NCBI GenBank assembly: GCA_964016885.1
Contig: OZ024741.1
Coordinates: 103,230,001 to 103,294,000 of the forward strand
Direction: 5' to 3'
DNA from: Eledone cirrhosa
Lineage: Eukaryota
Length of the DNA: 64,000 bases
Every line of letters begins with the position of its first letter. Position 1 is the stretch's first letter. Below, in pieces: positions 48,366 to 60,254 of this stretch. The notes below the pieces were generated by a model, which worked only from the letters and a program-made list of their open reading frames with translations, searched no databases and had not been told where the DNA came from. Position numbers and translations under genes: made by a program.

Positions 48366-49936
48366 AGATGTAATGAAACAAGTGGAAAGTGGGACAAAAG
48401 GCGAACAAACAGATCAGTACAGAAACAAGTGAAAAAAAACGAGGAACCCATTTTCCATCCTTTCATTATATTTGATTTATTACATATTCTCTGAATTGTG
48501 GTCTAATATATATTCGATTCCCTCAGGTGCTACAGGACCAGGATATATATATGCGTGTGTATATATATATATATATATATATAAAATAAAATCCCATTGG
48601 GATGGGAAGTTCCCTCAAGCTATAGGGACAACAGCCCCCGTCACACCGAGCCCAGAGTAAACCACCCCTACACCCGCCTCTATCACCATCTTTATGCCTC
48701 GAATGGCTCCTATAGTAACACACCTATCTAGCAGCTAAAACCATGCCTCACACCGCTGTGGTCAACACTCTCTCACTTCCTTAACCAGAGCTCAAGTTAG
48801 CTGACACTATATGATATAAACAGACGAAGTACGTCGGTGGAGTCCTATCCTCTGTGCAAACAGGCACAACGCCCAACCCAGCTTGTGACCCGAGTACCCG
48901 GAGGATATCCTGCCTCGAACCCGACCCCTTCGCACGCATGAATCAGTGATAAATACCACAAGTAAATGGGACGCGCCTATTACAACGACTTACCCCTCTC
49001 CCCACCTCCAGAGGTGACTTTTGACCCTGTGTCCGTGTGTGTGTATCCACATATGGGAGTATATGGAATTGTGTGTATGCGTGTGTGTGACTATGTAGAC
49101 GTAATATAGGAATGCACCTTGTGCGTGTGTGCGTGTGTGCGTGCAACGGTGTGCGTTGACGATCATACACGCATATGTACTTTATGCTGAAATAAGAATT
49201 GTAGTCCTTTACACATCCGGATTTTGACACAGGTTTTTTGGTATTTTATTTCTCACTCCACTTTTACCTCATTTGGTTTTTTAAAACGCACCCATATTTT
49301 GTTGGACTGTGTGGACGTAAATAGGTGAATGCACCCGAGCCTGTGTTTATACGTGTGCACGCGCAACGGTGTGCGTTGGTGGACAATCACACTTATGTAC
49401 TCTATGCTAAAATAAGAATTGTTAATCTTTACACTTCTCGATTCTGACACACAGGTTTTTTATTTCAGTATATATTTTTCTAAATTTTTGATATTGGTTG
49501 TAACACACACGTATTCTTTATTTGTTTGGCATCCCCCACCACGTGAAATGGTGGCAGGATAGATGCCAGTCTACACACATAAATTCTTCAGACCATAGCA
49601 GCAGCATACTAACGTTGACCTGCTAGCTGACCTCTTAACACCACTACCACACAGTAAAGGAGGTCAGCTGTACTTAAACATTCTGATAAAAACAACTATA
49701 ACAGTCTGACCTGGCTCTGAGGAATATCTATAGACTTTCGACTGGGGAGTGGTATGACAACTGACCAATGGGATACGAGCGTGTCCTCTGACGCTGAAAT
49801 TCTTTTGTTCTAGCCCATATGATTCCAGTTCCTCGGAGGACTAACAACACACCCAGGAGCGGAACATATCGATGTATTGACAGAGTGGAACACACTTCAA
49901 AAACATGTGTACCTGTCTTTTCCACATTAATTCGGA

Positions 49937-49989
49937 CTGCATGAAGAGGTCACAGCCAATAATAGCTGTCACCGAAATATATATAGCAG
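49937..49989 (+). ncRNA. Hammerhead related to 36599, C3A mutation; ends a non-coding repeat at about 48580-50130
   Basis: CTGC-aTGAAGA-GGT.c.ACAGC...GCTGT.c.ACC-GAAA-TATATA-TA-GCAG. Confidence 0.6.
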
Positions 49990-50131
49990 AGAATTTATAA
50001 TAAAGGTAGCCAAATTTTACATCTTTGACTTACTTATTTTACATTACTCCGGAGTAAACAAACCAGCCTGCCTACTTCGTCGAGTGCTCCAATCTGCATA
50101 CTGAGGTGTTGGTAAACAACCAACATATACT

Positions 50132-50545
<414 letters not shown>

Positions 50546-50849
50546 ATATATATATATATATATATAATTCTTCATAGAGCTACAACGTGACCGGTTGCAA
50601 CATATATATCTATGACTTTATGTTTATGTATATGTATACGTAAACCTTTATATTTAATAATCTCCCGTTAGGTTGAGATACAATTGGGCGATATTTGGCT
50701 GCGCTTTCTAGCAACATGCCTACTAATCACAACATGCCAACTAATCACATTCTTTCTAACTTGACCACTGCCACGTCACGATTCTTAGCCATTTTTGAAT
50801 CTATTTTTGGCGCGATCACTTTGGAAAACTAAATGTCTAAATTTGAGTT

Positions 50850-50930
50850 TGTCTCCTGATGAATCTGATACTCCAGACATATCCTATTAATTGGGTGTCT
50901 AAAAATACGGATGAAACCATGGTAGAGATA
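50850..50930 (+). ncRNA. Intact-looking hammerhead, canonical core, palindromic stem III
   Basis: TGTCTC-CTGATGA-ATCTG..AGACA.TCC..GGGTGTCT..CGGAT-GAAA-CCATGG-TA-GAGATA. Confidence 0.82.
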
Positions 50931-51202
50931 TAATTACGGTATGTACACATTTCTTCGAAGTTTGAATTTGCACCTAATTGTGTATGGTTGATGGTATATT
51001 TAGTCAGTTTCTACACGCTGTCGAAATAAATAGTCTATTGGGGCCACCGCGCAGAGGCCGCTTTCGGTTATTTGTCGGAAATTTCTTCATAAGAGCCTTT
51101 ATTCTTATAGCTTGGTCTAATTGATTTTTTATATGGTTAATTATGCTAATTGGGAGAGGAAATGGTATATATTTTATCTTATAATTCTAAGGACATGATT
51201 TA

Positions 51203-51271
<69 letters not shown>

Positions 51272-51428
51272 AAAGAATAGAGGTGTAACACACAAGTTAT
51301 TATATATTGGTAAACGGAATAGAAAATGCTGACAAATTGTTCACAGTTGAAAAATGGTTTAATTAGGAATAAAAGAGTATTAGTAATTGTATGGGTTAGT
51401 ATTCAGTTGTGGTTTTAAGTTTTTAAGT

Positions 51429-51465
51429 TTTTACCGGTTGCGCATTTCTAAATGCTTTTCAAAAA
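51429..51465 (-). ncRNA. U3-A8 hammerhead of the Neptune-like family, A13C mutation
   Basis: TTT-TTGAAAA-GCATT.taga.AATGC-GcAA-CCGG-TA-AAA. Confidence 0.55.
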
Positions 51466-51850
51466 TAATTTTGAGATAGAGTGTCCGTGTTGTTTGCTCT
51501 GATCTGATTAGTTTTGGGAATTCTACCTGTTTTTATGTTAACAAAGTGGCTCCAGCGCTACTTTGGTGTTGCAAAAATTCTTGTGGTCAAAACAATTTTG
51601 ATTGGTCGGTAGAGGTCATGTGAATGTAAAAAATTGATTTTGCGTCAAGACTGTTTTTATGTTAAAAAAGTGGCTCCAGCGCTACTTGGTGTTTGCAAAA
51701 ATTCTTGTGAATCTGCCATTTGACCAGAGGCAGCGAGGATTTCAGTGCATGGAATTCAGTCCCCGCTAGCTGTTCCATCTACCGAATTATTATTATTTTT
51801 ATATGAGTCCCCAGTGTCCGCGCATTGCCTGGAGACTTAGCTGAGAATAG

Positions 51851-51932
51851 ACTCCCTGATGACGCAATGAATTCTCGACAGTTAGATTACGTAACTGTCT
51901 TTATCCCATTGCAGAAACTAATTAGTTGGAGT
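51851..51932 (+). ncRNA. Hammerhead of the 558-bp-unit family (third copy, within 51728-52100)
   Basis: ACTCC-CTGATGA-c-GCAATG...CATTGC-a-GAAA-CTAATTAG-TT-GGAGT. Core and stems are conserved while loop II has diverged. Confidence 0.78.
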
Positions 51933-53218
51933 GAAAATTTTAGTAAGTTAATTTTTTTAATTTTTTAAAATTTTCTTATTTTACGTCTTTTATATTACTG
52001 TTCTGCATCCTCCTGCATCGAACCACCTAGGTACTATGACACAACCTGTGTATTTGCTGGCATTAGCGTACATCTGTACGCATATGTTAGTAGATATACT
52101 AAATTCTCTCTATATATATATGTGTGTGTGTGTTCACATACACACACACACATATATATAATTATGCGTACACGCACGCACACATATACGCCCGTATGTG
52201 TAAAAATACTTACACACAGACACACACACTATTGTTGGTTGGGGAGTGGAGGTATGTGTTGGCGGTGCTGATGAAGTATGGGGTTGTGTTTTGTGGTGGT
52301 GGAGTTTTGAGGGACAAAAATATATATATACCGGATCGAATACCGGTTAAAAGGTGACATAGGGAACGCGGGGGAGAAGCGTTTATGGACGTACGGCGAT
52401 GTGTGTTGTGGATATGGTGATGGTGGTGGTGCTGGGGTGATATGTTCAACAAGGTGATTACATGATCAGAGGTTACGGTGTGTTAGAGGGTAAGGCAGAC
52501 GGTGGGTGGGGGATATATAATACAGTCGATCTGGGAGCGAGAGATGATATGTGTTGATGATGTTAATGATAATGATTGTTGAAGTATGTGGATGTATCTA
52601 GTGGTGGCGGTGGTTGTGTGTGCGTGCGACAGTACAATTACAGGGTCGAATTTAGCGTGGGGTTGTAGTTTAGGGTAGACAGAGGGAACATGGGGGGATG
52701 AGGTTGTAGGTGTGTATGGTAGACATATGACGATGTGTGGTGTGGTGGTGGTGGCGATGGTGTGATATGATCGACATTGTATTTACAGGATCCTTTGTCA
52801 TTATGGATTGTAAGGTAAAACCTATCATATGAGACCGATCTAATACGATGTTGCAACGATGAGGTGTGTATGTTGATGTGAATTTTGGTGGGGGTGGTGT
52901 GTGCGGCATGATATACAAATGCGGGCTTAGAAATGGTGACATGGAGTACAATAAAATAAGTTCACTGAGATGGGCGATGGTGAGACGGGGTATGGGTGGT
53001 TATTAATATGGTGTGTCATGGTTAGTGTGATTTTTGGTGTTGGTTATGTATGCGGCATGATATACAAAATACGGGCTTACATATGGTTAAATGCAATACA
53101 AGAAAATAAAATAAAATAAGATAAAGTAAAGTAAGATTAGAATTAAAGTTAAAATTAATAAATTCGTTGAGATGGGCGGCGCCAACCCGTCTATTGACAA
53201 TCCAATAACCTCATACCA

Positions 53219-54316
53219 CAGCCCATCCCACTAAGCAACCATAACCACCACCATATCATCACATCCACCCCCACATACTCTACACGCCAAGGCCAATCCA
53301 CCACCACCACACCACAGCCCATCTCATCCACCGACCGTCACAGCCCATCCCACTAAACAGCCATAACCACCACCATATCATCACATCCACCCCCACATAC
53401 TCTACACGCCAAGGCCAATCCACCACCACCACACCACAGCCCATCTCATCCACCGACCGTCACAGCCCATCCCACTAAACAGCCATAACCACCACCATAT
53501 CATCACATCCACCCCCACATACTCTACACGCCAAGGCCAATCCACCACCACCACACCACAGCCCATCTCATCCACCGACCGTCACAGCCCATCCCACTAA
53601 ACAGCCATAACCACCACCATATCATCACATCCACCCCCACATACTCTACACGCCAAGGCCAATCCACCACCACCACACCACAGCCCATCTCATCCACCGA
53701 CCGTCACAGCCCATCCCACTAAACAGCCATAACCACCACCATATCATCACATCCACCCCCACATACTCTACACGCCAAGGCCAATCCACCACCACCACAC
53801 CACAGCCCATCTCATCCACCGACCGTCACAGCCCATCCCACTAAACAGCCATAACCACCACCATATCATCACATCCACCCCCACATACTCTACACGCCAA
53901 GGCCAATCCACCACCACCACACCACAGCCCATCTCATCCACCGACCGTCACAGCCCATCCCACTAAACAGCCATAACCACCACCATATCATCACATCCAC
54001 CCCCACATACTCTACACGCCAAGGCCAATCCACCACCACCACACCACAGCCCATCTCATCCACCGACCGTCACAGCCCATCCCACTAAACAGCCATAACC
54101 ACCACCATATCATCACATCCACCCCCACATACTCTACACGCCAAGGCCAATCCACCACCACCACACCACAGCCCATCTCATCCACCGACCGTCACAGCCC
54201 ATCCCACTAAACAGCCATAACCACCACAATATCATCACATCCACCCCCACATACTCTACACGCCAAGGCCAACCCGCCACCACCACACCACAGCCCATCT
54301 CATCCACCGACCGTCA
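53219..54316. repeat. Tandem array, 9 x 122 bp, C/A-rich top strand
   Basis: Unit starts CAGCCCATCCCACTAA at 53219, 53341, 53463 ... 54195. Inner copies look identical. Confidence 0.95.
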
Positions 54317-54472
54317 CCAACATCTCACCATCACACCCACCCCCATATACACTACAGGCCAGTACATCGCCTTGATCCTTCCCACCAATCAAAACAACTC
54401 ATTTTGTCAAACTCTTGAACTTCTGACTTTACCACATAGCATGTATTTCATTTTCTTATAGCATTTTAAGAG

Positions 54473-54557
54473 GGTCCGTCGAGCTGCCGATTATTGAGTC
54501 GGGTAGGATCGATATAGATCGAACCTTGAGTAGATCAGTGGCGAAACGCGCGTCACC
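54473..54557 (+). ncRNA. Hammerhead-like motif with CCGUCGA core
   Basis: GGT-CCGTCGA-GCTGCCGAT...ATCAGTGGC-GAAA-CGCGCG-TC-ACC, followed by AATAAA. Confidence 0.55.
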
Positions 54558-54786
54558 TACCAATAAATGCAATGAAGGAATAATCAATCGTCCTTGTTAT
54601 CCTTTCAATATATTACACTCTGTATAGCTCTACACCTCATCACAGAAGTGAACCTAAATATCGAATGCTCTCCCGGCTGAACCTGCAGTAACTCCTAGTT
54701 ACACCCCCTGGATATATAAATATATATATGTAAATTAATAAAATAATGAATAAACAAAGAAATAGTTGCTTATATTTAAAAAAAAT

Positions 54787-54928
54787 TCATCATTTTACGA
54801 TCGTTTCTAGGATATATATGTGTTAGAGTTGGTATGCATATTATATAGATCTATGTACAATATTTATACAAACTATCAGAGGGAATATACATACCTACGC
54901 ATATATATGCTGTCTTCAGAAATAATGA
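54787..54928 (-). ncRNA. Hammerhead with about 105 nt stem II region
   Basis: Inverted-arm copy of 57478-57619. Confidence 0.7.
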
Positions 54929-55030
54929 TATTTGTTTATTGAAAAAAACAAAGATTCAATACAGTAGGTCTGTTTGGGAACATGTTTTGAATTGACCAAT
55001 AGAGAGATAGTGAGGGTCAAGATAGTAATA

Positions 55031-56338
55031 TTTGAAAACACAAGTAAAGTAGTTAATTTCCTAGATATAACATTAGACTTATCTACGGGTATCTGCCAAC
55101 CTTACCATAAACCCAACCAAAATTTACACTACATACACTCACAATCTAATCACCCTAAATCTATCCTTAAAAACCTTGCATATAATATATCACTTAGAAT
55201 TTCTAACCTTTCGTCTAACCAAGGTGTATTTGATAAAAATGCGACCTTTTATAACGAAGCTCTAGCTAGAAGTGGCCACAAAGATAAATTAGTATATATA
55301 CCTTCTACCAATAACACTACAAACATACAACCTAATATTACCAACAAACACCAAATGAAACATACACACCTAAATGCCACTCACAATATACCCCAAAACA
55401 CCAACATAAAACCAAATTTCTCTAACTCGTCTAATATACAATATAGTAACTCTCAAAAAACTACTCATCCTACAACTCTAATAAATGTTAATAATAAAAC
55501 TCCTAATAAACAAGCTAAAACACCTAAATCAATAAATCTAACTAAAAATGTGTGTGGTGAGGTCATTAACAATAATTCTCTTAATAAACATCAGGATATA
55601 TCCTATAAAAACAATAAACAACATCGAAACCGTAATAGACGTGTTACTTGGTATAATGCTCCATTTAATTTACAAATTAAGGATAATATACCTAAAAAAT
55701 TCTTTAATATCCTAGAGAAAAACTTCCCGCCAAACCACAAATACGATCAAATTTTAAATAGATCAACGGTTAAATTCTCCTACTCAACAACCAAAAACAT
55801 AAAACAAAATATAAGTGCCTACAATGCATATAAATGTAAAAAGACCATGAGTATACCACCAGTACATCAAACTAACCATAATATCTCCTCAGATACAGGA
55901 TTCACGAAAAGTTGTAACTGTAGAAACAAGGCAAACTGTCCATTAAAAGGAAATTGCCTTGTTAATAACATAGTATATAAATGTAAAGTTAACACTAAGG
56001 ACTCAATTTATTCATATATAGGAGCTACCTCTAACAAATTTAAGGTAAGATTTAATACCCACAAACATAGTTTTAAAAATGCCGCACTAGCTAATACAAC
56101 ATCTCTAGCTGAAATAATTAATAATTATAGAAAGAGGAATATAGATTATGACCTGACCTGGAGTGTGCTCAAAAGGGCCACCCCTTATCAAAATAGTAGA
56201 TATGAATGTAGATTATGTTCCCAAGAACTCTTTGAAATAATGAAATCTAAGGATATCCTATTAAATAAGCAACAGGAATTAATAATATCGTGTAATCATA
56301 AACTGAGAAAAACCTTTAAATATTATAAACCTAATTAA
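55031..56338 (+). pseudogene. Truncated PLE ORF (RT thumb, linker, intact-looking GIY-YIG)
   Basis: Starts at FENTSKVVNFLD, downstream of YRDD, so the RT catalytic motifs are missing. Confidence 0.9.
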
Positions 56339-56635
56339 TATACACTTTAGAAATTAATATATAAACTGTTTTTAATTTAGTTAACCTATAATTAATATTC
56401 TACTACTGATGAACCACATAATTTTACTTTCCTTCTTACAACTATCATTTCCTAAAACTGATACCATTAAGTAAACATATATAATGCCTTAACTTCAGGT
56501 TATGACTCTATATTCCTTGAAATCTCTATATATTTATTATTTCTCACTAATAAATTTAATTCCCCCCCCCCCCAATAATTATATGTATATGTAACTATGT
56601 ATGTGTGTGTATATATATGTGCATGTATGTATGTA

Positions 56636-56712
<77 letters not shown>

Positions 56713-57477
56713 ATATGTATATATATATGTGTGTGTATATGTGTGTGTGTATGTGTATATATATATATATGTATATATATATTATTTTATATTCTTTTAA
56801 TTTCCCCTCATCTTTAACAGCACTCTTCAACTGCATCTAACTCTTATTTATCATATCTATATGCATTAGTATAATTTTATCAATATAAATATACCCATCA
56901 ATTAAATTAATTTATATTCTTTTCATAGATGTATTTTTTTCACTAACACTCTTACCATAACATTTTAGTCTCCTTAGATATTTGCATTGGCATTACTGGT
57001 TTATAACAGCAACTGCTCATATACCTTTTACTGACCTGACCTATTTTCACCCCTAAAATAACTTTCTCATTCTTCACACTCCATTCAAAACTGAAATCTG
57101 CCTTATTCTACCCCTAAAATAAGCTTCAATTACTACTATTTTACCATTTGGCCAATTATTAACTTTCTATTGGTTAATTCTAAACCTCTTACCAAACAGA
57201 CAGAATATATTAGATCTTTGTTGGTTTTATTCAATGAACAAATATAATTATTTCTGAGGTCAGCATACGACCTATTTTCATCCCTAAAATAATCTTTCAT
57301 TAATAATATTCTTTTTCCATCCAAAACTGAAATCTACCTTCCTCTACCCATAATTTAAGGTTCTTCTACTACTATATTACTATCTTGACCCTCACTATCT
57401 CTCTATTGGTCAATTCAAAACCTGTTCCCAAACAGACCTATTGTATTGAATCTTTGTTTTTTTTCAATAAACAAATA

Positions 57478-57619
57478 TCATTATTTCTGAAGACAGCATA
57501 TATATGTGTAGGTATGTATATTCCCTCTGATAGTTTGTATAAATATTGTACATAGATCTATAGAATATGCATACCAACTCTAACACATATATATCCTAGA
57601 AACGATCGTAAAATGATGA
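57478..57619 (+). ncRNA. Hammerhead with canonical core, 9 bp stem I, about 105 nt stem II region and palindromic stem III
   Basis: TCATTATTT-CTGAAGA-cAGc.ATATATATGTGT..GTATGTATATTC...GAATATGCATAC..ACACATATATAT.cCTa-GAAA-CGATCG-TA-AAATGATGA. Confidence 0.75.
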
Positions 57620-57850
57620 ATTTTTTTTAAATATAAGGAACTGTTTCTTTGTTTATTCATTATTTTATTAATTTATCTTGACTCTGTTTTCCGTTAATTT
57701 TCACCGAAAATAGTTTTTGAATGCATCTTCTCTTTTCATGATATCCGGATTACACTGAGTTCTTCATACGGATTGGACACTACCGTATATTTTTGGTAGA
57801 TTTATCTACATATATATATATGTATATATATATGTATGTATATATATATA

Positions 57851-58425
57851 TAATTGTTTCTACTTACTTGTGGCACAAGACCGGCAATTATCCTAGTGCA
57901 TTGCTGGTACTTTATTTCACCGACCCCGTTATGATATGATAAATAAGAGTTAGATGCAGTTGAAGAGTGCTGTTAAAGATGAGGGGAAATTAAAAGAATA
58001 TAAAATAATATATATATACATATATATATATATACACATACACACACACATATACACACACATATATATATACATATACACATGATTTGAACGTAATTCT
58101 ATGGTCTGAGTTCAAATCATTGTATATACTAACAGAAAAACCACCCCTCGGGTGGTTTTCTGCTAGCATGTGTAATGTGCATATTGAGAAGATTAGCGAC
58201 GGAAATATAAACGTTATGATATAACGATGCAAATATATGAACCTTTATATAAGCGATATGATATAGAAAATTTTGAAAGAAGTGAATCTTAAAATAAGCA
58301 ATCATTATATATAAGAATATTCCGCCGAGGTTAACTTTGCCTTTCATCCTTACGGAGTCGATCAAATAAAGTACCAGTAATACACTGGTTAATTGCTGGC
58401 CTTGTGCCAAAAGTAGAAACAATTA
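57851..58425. mobile_element. Two opposed SINE family 1 pieces around an inverted PLE 3' UTR scrap (57932-58082)
   Basis: SINE motifs at 57851-57928 (-) and at 58100-58118 plus 58322-58425 (+). The middle is the reverse complement of about 56700-56856. Confidence 0.65.
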
Positions 58426-60254
58426 TACATAAGAATATTTATGTTAAATCAACAGCTACGAAATTTAGTACATAAATTTTGTAATATTCATTTATTATAT
58501 GTTCAAAGTAATCCAACTTATTTTACTAACGGGATAAACAAATATATTCAGTGTGTGTGTATTAAAGCTTTCGATCCGTCATAGATGTATACATATAAGT
58601 ATGTGAATTTCGATATCTAATGATATACGGTATGTTTACGAATATACATTTGGAAAGCCTTCTAACTATGAATATTGAAAAGCTGACGGCTAGCGCCGTC
58701 TAACAGATTCCAGCAGATGTAACGGGGGTAAATTTCAACGTGATTCTAGCTCTGGCCGTCATCAGGATAGTGCTTCTCCTGCTCTCTGCTGGAATTTGAA
58801 ATAGGTGAAAATATATTTTTTTTCGCCTACATCGGAGTGTAAACTTTAATTCTACTTCCAAGCTGAACCGGCTTGTACCGCTCCACATGTAAATGCGGTT
58901 AATCATCCCATCTACGCACCCTTGGCGTAGTTTGACACCCAGTTTGCAAAGAATTAATGATGTTATATTGATATCGAGAGAGAGAGAGCGAGAGAGAGAG
59001 AGAGAGAGAGAGAGATTGATAAACCATATTTCGCATGAAACACCCACACATTATAATCCTAAATTTAGTAATGTATTGACTCCACAAGTCTACGGGCCTT
59101 ATCTAAATATAAGTCGCATATGGTATCTATGATTCTAGTAGGTGGTAGTGCCGATGGTAGTGTTGGTAGTGGTGATAATGCTGGATGTCGTGATAATGAT
59201 GATGGTGATGGTGATGGTGATGGTGATGATGATGATGACGATGACGACAACGACGATGATGATGTTGGTGATCGTGGGAAGAACATTACGACATAAAAAG
59301 CCTACAGTATCCCACTCGTCATCCAGCTATTATCTACTCTCTCTTTCTCTCTCTCTCTGTGTTTCTCTATCCCCTCTCTATTTATCTATCTATCCCTCTT
59401 CCTCTCTATCTATATAACACTTGTTACCTATTTTTAGATGGTTTCCTCCACAATGACGTCACCAACTGCTACTGCTGATGATGATAATGTTTATGTCGAT
59501 GGAATGTCACGCAGCCAACCTACTGTAATGGCGACCGTAGTTATTCATAGATATTTCATGTCATGTCAGTGGGGTTTATAGTTTTTTTTCAATGTGGTGT
59601 ATGTAGGTGGTCCCTTTTCTCGGTGTGGTGTAGAGGGTGTGTCAACAAATATATGCCCTGTATTGTATATTTCGCAACTCTTCACAAAAGAAGTATAGTA
59701 TACAATGATGAAAGTATTTAAAAAGGGGAGATTAAAATAATAAACAGGAAGGAAGATAAAGAGAGAAAGCGGGGGCTTAAATAATGGGGGAAAAGGGAGA
59801 AGGAAGAGGAGGAACTCGTTACTGTTGGATGGGCGATACATCTCAGCTACTCACTGCAGATAAGATGGAAAAAACATCATAACAGAGAACAGCCAATGAC
59901 ACCTGCTGCAACAGCTATTCCACCTCGGTGCTTCTACCTCGATCGGAATGTACTCCCCACAGATTTTCAGAAGAAAGCGGCTATTCATTCGCTCCGAAAT
60001 GATAAGGTCTTGCGTTCGGTCCGTTTACATGGCATCTTAGGCGAGTGTCATTTACCATAGCTTCGAGTCAACACAATGTTTGTGAGTGAAATTGTGAGAA
60101 CGGAAACTCTTTGGAATCCTATCGGATAGACTGTTCCTCTAATTCAAAGTGTCCTTATCAAACATTGTGTCGCGCTGTTAATTTTACGAACAGACTTATG
60201 TATGTATGTATGTATGTATGTATGTATGTATGTATGTATGTATGTATGTATGTA

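Larger units (their letters stand above)
54731..57676 (+). mobile_element. 5'-truncated copy of the 29278-33242 PLE family, with complete 3' UTR and 300 bp inverted arm
   Basis: 54731-55031 is the reverse complement of about 57374-57676. The body is near-identical to 31412-33242. Confidence 0.92.

Noticed and set aside
51040-51100. Minus-strand ATGAAGA...GAAAGCGGCC hammerhead
   Set aside because: Stems I and II could not be paired.
53219-54316. Regular array as a CRISPR locus
   Set aside because: The units are contiguous and identical, with no unique spacers and no cas genes, in a eukaryotic context.
54974-55030. N-terminus of the 454 aa ORF as a real start
   Set aside because: The TTG start lies in the inverted UTR arm, so it is a chance read-through of the truncation junction.
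59142-59417. Met/Val-rich ORF as a host exon
   Set aside because: It derives from (GAT/GGT)n and (CT)n repeats.
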